Source of the DNA: Klebsormidium nitens
Lineage: Eukaryota > Plantae > Klebsormidiophyceae
Assembly: GCA_000708835.1 (NCBI GenBank)
Contig: DF237307.1
Coordinates: 1-64,000, forward strand
Reading direction: 5' to 3'
DNA length: 64,000 bases
This document shows, in pieces, positions 54,683-64,000 of the stretch (position 1 is the stretch's first letter; the number at the start of each line of letters is the position of its first letter). Position numbers and translations under genes: made by a program. The notes beneath the pieces are model-generated. The model did no database searches and was not told the DNA's origin. It saw only the letters and a program-made list of their open reading frames with translations.

Positions 54683-55970
54683 ATGGCCGCTCTAGCGTTG
54701 CGGTCGGCTGCTGCTCCTGCGTGTGCGGCATTGACATTTTCGAGCCCAGCAAGTCCGGCCGGCCAAAGTAATCTCCGAAGTGGCGGGTGCTCCTTCCTTG
54801 CCTCCTGTTCCCAGCTTGTGACGCAGGCTCCTTCGTCTGTGGCTCCACCTCAGCGGCATGCTAGCGTGAGGGCAGCAGATCCTGACCTGGAAGACTTTGA
54901 AAAAAGGCTGGAGAGCTTGCGGAGGGTGCCCCGAGGGGAGGGTGCAAAGGCGCAAAAGCGGAAAGGGGCAGGGGCAGAGGAGCCAAGGAAAGGAGACGAC
55001 AAGAAGGTATAGGCAGCAAAATAAAGGCAAAGAGCACATCGTACTGCCCAGAAAGTGCTGCCGATAAGGATCAGGAGTACACATTGTTGCCCTGACATGA
55101 TTTTTAACACCCTGCTAGATGTTGGGAGGTGCAAGTCTAGTGAAGCCTGCTAGACTTGCAATGTGAGGTCTTTGCCAGCAACCCAGGCTTGTGAGAGAGG
55201 GTTTTGCAGCACACTATTGTGGTGTTTGGGCATAGGTACCACCACCATTTCAGGTAGATAGAAGCTTTTAAATTCCTGCTGTTGTCAGCTCCCTGCATGA
55301 TAGATATCGGGGTAGTCACTTCTCAACTCCACTCTCCAACCCACTGCAGGAGGTTTACCTTGAGCCTGTCTCACTGCAAGAGCCTGCAGTCAATGGTGTT
55401 CCTTTGAGCCTAGGATTTGCACCATATGCAGAGATTCTGAATGGGCAGCTGGCATTGCTGGGGCTTGGGGCCCTGCTGAGTGTAGAGCTGTACACGGGGG
55501 GAGCATTGGTCAACTTCCATGAAGGTACTTCTAGAGCTTCTTGTCAATGGACCTTCGCGCAAGGAATTTATTTATACCACATGGCTGCTGATTGCACCAA
55601 TCCATTAAGTTGGAGGTTGCAGCAAGTGAGAGATTGGTGCCATCTCGCCGCTCTTTTTGAAGTTTTTGGAAGTTGCCAGATTACCCCGTGTTCTTCTTTG
55701 TCAATCAGACACTTCAACCGTTCTTGTAGGTTGTTGGAATTGCTTGATTCGGACGGCAATCTTTCAGCAAAAAGTTGCCATCTTGTATCTGATATTTGCT
55801 CTTCTGGCTACACCGGTGCATTCGATGCACACAATGTACCCACCAATCATGGTGTACTGTATGCAGGTGGGACTATTGGCACTCAAGCCTATTTTATTCT
55901 GGGGTTGAGTGCAATGTTGATCAAGTTCCAAAAAGAGAAAATAAGTGTATGGCCGGAGGGCAAGAAGTAG
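54683..55970 (+). CDS. Two-helix LHC-like stress-enhanced protein (SEP/LIL family), plastid
   Basis: Transit peptide. LHC motif LGFAPYAEILNGQLALLGLGALLSVELYTGGALVNFHE, then a second helix TQAYFILGLSAMLIKFQKEKISVWP. Resembles the At4g28025-type SEP as recalled. Confidence 0.8.
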
Positions 55971-57427
55971 CTAAAGTAGGCAATCAATAGGGCTATTCTG
56001 CATCTCTTGGTGGCTTCGTAAAGCATATCAAGAGCTGCAGCTTGAATTGGACTGAAGCTGCGTGAAACAAAAAGTTTGGTTGGTGACTTAGATAGCAAGT
56101 TCAGTTGCTCACATAAGGTTCGCATATTGAGTCAGTAACTCGACATATGGGCTGCTGCATGATGTTCTCTTTTGATTGGTTCAGTTTGTAGGAGCATAGC
56201 AGCCCATAGACCTGTTGGAAAGCTGGTGCGCAGGCTCCACATCTTAAGATTCAACAATTCGATGGCCTCAATCTTCCCCACTGTGCATAATAATCTCGGT
56301 TGAATGCATCTGGCAAGGTCTGATGAAATCTGATCCCTTCGACAATTTGAAAGCGCGGGCCGGCCCCAGGCTCACTAGCTAAAGCTATATGATGTGTCAA
56401 TTTCTGCACGCATACTAAATCCTTATATACATGCATATGTAGATCAAACGATCCCTGTTTCCCTATAACTTCAGCGTTCTGTACAGCTATCGTTATATCT
56501 ACTTAATCAAGCCATACGTACAGAAAATTGGCAACGTGATCCTGCAATTATAGGCCCGCGGGCCGGCCCAGGTCATGCTGCGGCATTCCAGTGCAGGGCC
56601 CGTCCTGCACTACCCTACCCCGGAGCTGAACGGGCCCTGCGTGACCAATCGTAGAGCTTGCGTGACACCCATAATCGGATCTAGCAGTTGCAATGATGGC
56701 ATAATACCAGGCCTAGTACGCATTTCTTAAGCACGCATACAGCTGCGACACCAGGCTCGTGCATCAGAAGGAATGCACACGCCTGAAGATCCAATACGGA
56801 TGCTCTTGTCGCTTCCAAAATGGATTGAAATGATTAATACATGCAATATAACAAGATGCGGTCCGAACTATAATCACTGTCACTCAAACAATGCCCATAT
56901 TGATGGGTCAATTACTTTAAGCAGCTTTACCTTCCCCACTGAATGAATACTACGCTATGTATGTTCCTTTATCTTCCCCAATAAGATTTACAAGACAAAG
57001 CTAGGCTCGTCACAAAGTGGTTAGCATAATGTATGTGAACTTGTATTTAATTCGATCTGTACAATGATCTATGAAAACGGATTTTGCTCCTGAATCTTTG
57101 GGCTACCCAATCTAAGATGCATTTCGCAAAGAATGATCACCATCAACGTGGCTCTATATCTAGCTTGCCTAGGTTCCTGCGCAGCTCTTCTACTCGGCTG
57201 TCGAAATCAACGGACAAATCTGTACATATGTTCCTTCAAGCGGCTCGCATCAATCTTATCGAAAGTCTTTCATTTGCGGAAAGGACTCGCAGGGGGTATC
57301 CGTGTGCTTGCCAGTCACATAATACAAGGTCTGAGCGTTGCATACGTAAGGATTCTTCAGACCGCATTGCTAAGATCCACCAAACGACCCTCCAGCAATG
57401 TCTCGAAATTCGACACCCGTCAGATCC

Positions 57428-60400
57428 TCAAGCAAGCCCCAACGTCGAACCTACGCGACGAAGCAACTCGTGCCTGAAAGAGTGGAGCCAAAGACCACTT
57501 CAGAAATCGACGTGAGAGAATCGGACTGGGTCAGCTAGGAAGTGCAGATTCCACTGCTAAACAAGCCTCGTAGCCAGCCTGGTAGACAGTCGTGCCCGGA
57601 ACGCGGTGGCTATGCAAGCACGACCAGAGGTGAGGACTTACTGCAAGCGCGCCCTGTCCGTGCCTGCCTGCATGAGCATGCCCTTGTTCTCCTGCGCCCT
57701 CCTGGTCATGACCAACGCACAGATTGATGACGACCGGAAGAGTGCGCATGTTGCACACAAGCGATTGCATCGCAGTGCCAAGAAAAGCAAAATCGAGGAC
57801 AAAGCGACAGTTCCTCAAGATTGACAGGAAAGAACCCCCCAATCCTAGCAATCCTCTCAAGATAAGGCGAAAGGACGAAGAGCAAAACTTTCATCAGGAT
57901 AAGCGCTGATATTGACACCGTGCACATCAGCCCTCAACCTCTGTCATCTAGGAAACAATCCACTGAACGAGATAGTGCTCTTACCTGATCAAGTAAGGCA
58001 CTGCACAGATGAGACGTGACGTCAGATAACAGTCAACCCTTGTTCGCAGATGTGGAATCGCATAGCCTCCAAAGAAAAAAGATTCGCGATCAGACCGCAG
58101 GGCCATCTACTGGATCTACTCGCTGCAACCGGGCGAAGCAGACCCGACACAGGCTGCTATGCTCGACTACAACGGGCAGACAGTCATCGTGCCCCCACTC
58201 ACTGACAGCATCCAGCGAGGCAAACGGGATGAGCTTGGACGCGTTGAAGCCCGAGCGTGCCAGTGCGAGTGAAAGGCCGTCAGCCATGCCCTGCAGGGGG
58301 GGCAGCGGGCAGTGGTGGGGTGAGGCAGCAGGTGGGGGGGCCGGACAGGGGGTCAGAACATCAAAAGTGTGTCGTGGCTTCCGACGCACTCATGGGCAGC
58401 GCCAGCCTGTAAGAACCGTCGTGTGTGCGTCGGTGAGTGTGAGTGTGTTTGCAATGGCCGTGACATTGTTTGAATTTCGCGGAGAACCCTGAGGAGGGGT
58501 CGTGGTGCCATCTGCAAGCGGCCGAGTGCGTGAGTGCGGGGCATGGGGACTAATTGACCGGTCGTGAGGCTGTACCACAAGGGGGCCCGCCACTCACTCG
58601 TGTCTTCCAGACTTCCAAACGGGTGCAGCTTGCTGCACAGATAGCCCGCCTGTCCGATCGCAAGCGAGAGCGCATCGGCCATCCCCTGCAGCAGAAAACG
58701 GTCTCGAGCGAGTGGGTCCTTTGCGGAGACACGGGAGCCGGGGCTTCGACTTTGCCCCAGGTTGAGGAAACGGAAAGGGGGCCGTGTGTCGGCGGAAACG
58801 GCTAGGGGCGAGGAGGGCCGCAATCTGTGCACGCCGCACTCCAAACTGCTGTCCGACACATTGCTGGGCTGCCTGTAAGACGGTGCCTGTCTCACCACTG
58901 ACTCTGGCTTCGTAATGAAATATCTGCCCCGCTCAGCACAGCGTTGCCATTGCATACTTACAAGCGAGTGGCAGAAGAACGACGGACAGACAACTCTTGA
59001 CCAGCAAGGATCGGCCGAAGTCTTGAAACAAAGCTTGCTCCACCAAGATAGGTGGCTCCAGCGACCTCGTGAAAGCGACCTCGCAGCATCCTCCGCCACA
59101 ACTCCCACGGGACACCCCTTTGCATGAGGGTCTTCAGCCGCGTCGATGGCTGGCTGCCTCCGGAGCTTTGCCGAACATGCACTCCCTGGAGCGTGTGGCG
59201 GGCTGTGTGCTGTTTGCTCACCTTGAGCTGTGCGAACTGCAGGCGCTCGTCCTTGCGCGCCAGGCCCAGGGCGTCCGCCGTGCTGATGGCGCGCCGCACG
59301 GACGCCGCGTTGTGGCTGGCCAGCACTACCTGCACCCACACCACCACCGCTCAACTCAGCGGCCATGCCGGAGCCAGCACATCACACGTGTCCCGCGGCT
59401 CATCCTCGTGCACACAAACGTTCCCACAATTGCAGCGCAATTTGCCGTTCGACTTTGAAAGCGGCTGGCACGGCATGCCCGCCATGGCCTCTCCCCAGAC
59501 CTCTGTGAGGGGCTTACCGCATTGCTTTTGGCGCTCTTCGCTGCGGTCTCGAGCATGAGGCGCGCACAGCGATCGTAGTTGGCATGCGTGGCCTCGATCC
59601 CGGCCTGGATGGGGGTCTCGTAGCTGCCCGCTGCCGCGCGCTGTGTCTCCTTCACAATGTACGCACCTGCAGGCAGCAAGGTCAACCAGGGGCGGCAGGA
59701 ATGAGGCCAGCGATGTGTCGTGAGCAGGGGGTGCTGACACAGGTTTGCGAGGCCATCAAGGCACCAGCATGACAAGCAACCAGCGCAAATACCGACTGCC
59801 CGCATACGCGTCTTCATGTGATCAGTATTAGAGGAGTGGAGACGTTAGCTGCCCCCTCAGTTATCATGACATCCTAGGAGACGAGCCCAGAGCAGCCGGC
59901 TGCGCTGACCTCTGACGAGCTTGGCCGCAAAGCCAACGTTGGCGCTGCGGGCGGCCTGGATGGCCAGCTGGAGGCGGGGCAGCGTGTCCTTGAGGTAGCA
60001 CTGGAACGTGTTCACCACCAGCGGGAAGTCGTGATTGAACTCCAGCGCAGCCACACCCGCCAGATAGTCAATGGCAGGCTGCAACAACGTGCATACGGAG
60101 ACTGTCAGCAGAGCTAGACACCCCAGTCGACCGCAGTTAGAGCAGGGCATGCTCAGAACAGATCCAGCATTGTGGCAGGGCACAGCTCAAACTCATTGCT
60201 CTTGCTCCCGCTTGGTGGTGCGGCGAGGCATAGAAGGTACCTGGACGGAGAAGTACTCGGCGTCGATGAGCAGGGGCAGGTGCAGGTCATGGCACGCCCG
60301 GCACACCGCGCGCAGCCGCTCCAGGCACTCCTCCAAGCTCTGCACCTCTTCAGGGGACAGCGGGGCAGGCTCCGCTGCAGCCAGGCACAAGGGACTCAGT

Positions 60401-62143
60401 CGCTGTATCCAGCAGAGGTGAGGCCCTAAGAAGACAGCTGCTATGCGTGAGAGTCACCAGCGTATTTCTACGACGCCGAGATCCAAGCGCGTCCAAGCAT
60501 TTGATGGATTCCTGTAAGAATTGTTTCGGACCCCTCCATTTCAGGTGCCTTAGGCCCTGGCGCTCACCCTGGGCGGGGAGGATGCTGCCGGGGGCCAGCA
60601 CGGGGAAGGAGGGCCGCTTCCAGGGGAGGTCCACCGATGGGTGCTGATGCTGCCAGCGCAACAGGGCACTGCCACAACAACGACAACAAAGAAGGGGGCC
60701 TCAGGCAGAGTCAGGAGAATGCTTGCAAAAATTCCTTCAATAAGGGGAAAGGACTTCTGACAGAGCGCTGTTTGAGAGTGCTAGCAGGACTGAAACTAAC
60801 CATGCCAGCTGACTCCAGTGGTGTTAGACACAAGGTGGCGCCAACTAACCTCGCTCGCTCCAAGACAGGCAGGGGCACAAACGAGGTGATCTTGACAACG
60901 GAATGGCTGGAGCAGTGGCGTGGTAGGGCGGCCACATGGCGCAGCGTCTCCAGGTTGCCAGCCAGGTTCTTGTCACAAGTAGCCGCGTCCATCGCATCCT
61001 CAACACTGCAAAAGCAAGGAAGAAAAGATCTCAACGGCAACTCACCTTGCAACTAAGTTCAGTTGACCCCTGTGTGGTCAACAACCCTCTAAAATATTGG
61101 CGCCAGCAGTTGTCATTGAGCAGAAACCGAAACATCACCACATAACTTATGCCTTCATAAGCCTTGCAAGAAAGCGACCAATCAACCAATATTATGTAAA
61201 CCTCATAGTCGTGCTCAAAGTAAAAAACTGGGAGATCCTCAGCTTTGTGCAGGAAATGACATGACTCGCTTTTGCCGCGCACCTGTAATCCAGGATGCTC
61301 CTCAAACCCAATTCTGAAGTTCTCAAAAGGGTCGCTTTGGCCTCCTCAATTGTGCCTCCTGCGTGGATTCGAAGTGAAGTGAGAGATGGGGTCCGACAAC
61401 ATGCAAAGGCAGGCCAGCAGCTTGCACAGGACATGCCAACCGTATCTATGACGTGGAATTCGATCCCTGCGATTAGATGCCTTGCCTGAGTTCCAGGGGC
61501 GGCCAAACCCCACCTGAGAAGCAGGCCCCTATAGGACTGCCACCTGCTACCCGACAGGGTTGACAGGGATGCAAGAAGACGCTTGGGCCACCGCATGAGA
61601 AGTGAGCCTTCAAAGGAACATCACTCCCTTTCTCAGACCTCTCGGACCACGACCTCCATAAAGAAGCTACATAATCGTGTGCCGGCACTTACCCGCACAG
61701 AAGTGAGAATATGCTGTCCTCCGCACAACCCAATTCACAGGTGCTGCAAACAACTTGTTCTTCATAAGGTCTGACATCAGTAACTTTGAGCTTGCATCCA
61801 CCATGAGCGAACTTCCCACCAATGACAGATTAAACACCCCTTTTGCAAGTTCTCCTGTGCTGAGGGCAGAGTAAAGTCTCTCAGTGTCCTCCAAATTCAA
61901 AGGATCTGCGGAGCAGGCCGCCTGATCTGCTGCTTGAAAGGACCCTGATCCAAAATCGTCAAAGGACGCTGTTCCCACTGGCCCTAGCTTGGGTGCGGTA
62001 CTCTCAGGGGCAGGCTTTGAGGCCACCAACCCTCCATGGATGTCCCTGCGACAGCAATCAATGATTCCAACGCGTGGGCGGACGTGGCGAGCAACCTGCA
62101 CCTCCAACAACTTTCCCAGACCAGCCATCGGACCGGGAGCCAT
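57428..62143 (-). CDS. ProDH: Proline dehydrogenase (proline oxidase), mitochondrial, with two alternative active-site exons
   Basis: VRRTAYSHFCA|GGTIEEA..GLRSILDY|SVEDA, VVKITS, LERLRAVC..LLIDAEYFSVQ|PAIDYL..NTFQCYLKD..KLVRG|AYIVKE..TPIQ..THANYDRC, VVLASHN, LQFAQLK|GMAD..|MPYLIR|RAQENKG..|HELLRRVGSTLGLA* (TGA 57428-57430). Start could also be the upstream in-frame ATG at 62215. Confidence 0.93.
57985..58000 (-). other. ProDH 16-nt microexon (TG CCT TAC TTG ATC AG = (M)PYLI(R))
   Basis: tgtgcag|TGCCTTACTTGATCAG|gtaaga. It supplies the otherwise missing PYLxR of the conserved PYLxRR motif, with matching phases on both sides. Confidence 0.88.
58203..58290 (-). other. ProDH alternative exon B (88 nt): GMADGLSLALARSGFNASKLIPFASLDAV + A
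   Basis: Acceptor cccccctgcag|GGCATG, donor GTCA|gtgagtgg. Open frame, phase 0 in and phase 1 out. Confidence 0.85.
58598..58685 (-). other. ProDH alternative exon A (88 nt): GMADALSLAIGQAGYLCSKLHPFGSLEDT + A
   Basis: Acceptor ttttctgctgcag|GGGATG, donor ACGA|gtgagtgg. Open frame, phase 0 in and phase 1 out. Confidence 0.85.
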
Positions 62144-62270
62144 GAATGCTGCCAGCGCTACGATAGTGAAGCATTGACTTTGGAGATGCACCAAGAAAGT
62201 GATCCTGTTCTGCATGCGCGGGCGCCTCTTTGCAATTCTCTTCTGTACCGGTACGTCACTCACTTGGAAA

Positions 62271-62279
62271 TTAGGGTTT
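62271..62279 (-). promoter_or_regulatory. Telo-box (AAACCCTAA) upstream of ProDH
   Basis: ttagggttt on the + strand equals AAACCCTAA on the - strand, about 130 bp upstream of the inferred ATG. Confidence 0.35.
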
Positions 62280-63239
62280 GGTCATGGTGGTCTCTCGCTG
62301 TAGGTTTGAGTATTTGCCGATACGAGAGAGACCGATACGACCGTAGATTGACAAGACGCTGGAGGTCGGCCTCGAGGCTCGACCGTCCGATAGGATCAGC
62401 TGCGACCTCTGGGGGGCCGCAATGATCTGTCGACACAAGGTATGTTGACACAAGGTATGTTGCTATGTAATTGGCATTGCATGATCTTTCTTCCCCATTT
62501 CCTCAGCCCCTTCGAGTATAATTTATATGATGCTTCCACCATATCTACCAGATGTCCGAGTCAGATGACAGTGTACTTGATCAGTGTAATACTGTAAAAG
62601 CTCATGGCAAACTTGCCTCGTGATAGCAGCTACCTAATTCAGATGGAACATGCAACGTCGAACTTCGACATGGGCCGGGATTCGTTTTAGACCCATGTTG
62701 AATAATTGGTGGCTCGCTGTCAGTTCAAGCACTGCCTAGTTCGGGCCGGGCCCGTTAACCACCACTGCGGGGCTGCAAAGACGATTGAGCAATCGATCTG
62801 CCAGTAAAGTCACATGTGGCAGGGCCTCCGTAGCCGGAGCCACCAAGATGATTAGGCATCGCATGCATATAGTGACTAGATACGGTAGCTTGTACGAAAC
62901 ATGCATAAAAAATCAGCCAGTGCATTGTTGACCGTCCTACATGTTAGGGCCGCGCATGGCAATGTAGGTACGTACATCACAGAATGATGTGCTACTAAGT
63001 TCGAGCTCACGTGTGCAAGATCTTACTAGTTCCACGGTTTCCTCGGATGAGAACACGATGGAAACGAGGCAAGGTCACCATTCACCACAAACAGTCTCGA
63101 ATAAGCAGAACATAAAGTTGGGCCGGAGATTTAGTTGACCCGAGAAGCTTGGCACGAGTGGAGCAGATACGAGTCGAGTTCACTCATGTTCATGCTCTCT
63201 GTAATCAGGTTGAGGCTTAAAAGAGGTGGCACCGTTGTT

Positions 63240-64000
63240 CTAGCCAGCATTCAAGTGTCGTTGTCTCGTCTCCTCTTTCCTTAACCCCTCCTGCCTTCTC
63301 TCTCGATAGAAGCTCCGCGTTCTAAGAGCTAGCCAGCCATTGACTACGCTGCCGAGCGCACACACTCCTGCCAGGATCAGGAAGGTGAGTCGAAAACAAT
63401 GCGCCCCGCTACAGGTGGGTGGACAGTCTGGTCGAAGAGCCGGCGCTCTCCCTCCCCGGCTGCCCGGCTCCGCCGCTACAGCTGACGCCCAAGCCCCTGC
63501 ACGAGATGCCCGGGCCTGCCTCTTGGGCCGTCCTCCATGCAGACCCCAGCTCTCGTCCGGTTTGCCTTCAACGGCCAGCATGAAAGGCGTGGTAGCTGTG
63601 CTAACTAGCTTCCGGCTGAGCGTGCAGCTGCCGCTGGACTCGGCCGGCCAGGCCGCTCGTCGTTGTCGCCTGGCCTCCTTGTCGTAGATCCAACCTGTTC
63701 ACTCACCGTTATCAAACAACTCCCTCTACTTCGACTGGGTTGCTGTGAAACTTGTGGACGGCCACTTGAAGGCTTCACGTCCTTGATACGGCCGCGGAGT
63801 TAGAGAGCGAGGGGCAGACCTGCTGCCTCCGGGCAGAGTCCCGCTGGTGGCAGCGCGAGGCTGGAGTACGGGGCGTCACCTGCTAGGCGTGCCGAGAGGA
63901 GGTACGTGGAGGCGGGGCTGCCCATGGCGAGCACGTTGTAGAGCGTGCCGAAGTGCGCCAGCCCGAACAGCTCGCTGGCCGTGGCGGCCATGAGCGCCCA
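63240..64000 (-). CDS. 3' end of a nodulin-like / NFD4-type major facilitator transporter (runs off the window)
   Basis: ALMAATASELFGLAHFGTLYNVLAMGSPASTYLLSARLA|GWIYDKEARRQ...CSGAHCFRLTFLILAGVCALGSVVNGWLALRTRSFY. Confidence 0.85.

Noticed and set aside
62432-62461. 15-bp tandem duplication gacacaaggtatgtt
   Set aside because: Two-copy slippage duplication with no further structure.

Overview
Intron-rich, GC-rich nuclear DNA from a streptophyte plant that probably has a flagellated stage (a charophyte alga or a bryophyte; the species cannot be fixed from sequence alone). By hand-splicing GT-AG introns I can assemble 13 protein-coding genes. In order they are ZMYND10 (-), a DED1/DDX3-type DEAD-box helicase (+), P5C dehydrogenase ALDH12A1 (-), FORKED1/VAN3-binding protein (+), CBS-CBS-PB1 protein (-), plastid-type RecA (+), VTE6 phytyl-phosphate kinase (+), TON2/FASS (-), a MyoB/GTD-domain myosin receptor (+), metaxin (-), a two-helix LHC-like stress-enhanced protein (+), proline dehydrogenase (-) and the 3' end of a nodulin-like/NFD4 MFS transporter (-). 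Non-coding DNA holds several small non-autonomous TIR elements, one nested in another, and two N-gaps. The most striking feature is in the proline dehydrogenase gene. It carries two tandem, diverged, equally long (88 nt) copies of the exon encoding the beta7-alpha7-beta8 active-site segment. Including both or skipping both creates an immediate stop codon, which is the signature of mutually exclusive splicing. They are followed by a 16-nt microexon for the substrate-binding helix, and both copies replace the usual specificity-gating Tyr with Leu. The second enzyme of proline catabolism (P5CDH) lies about 38 kb away in the same window. Family assignments come from recalled motif similarity, not from database searches.
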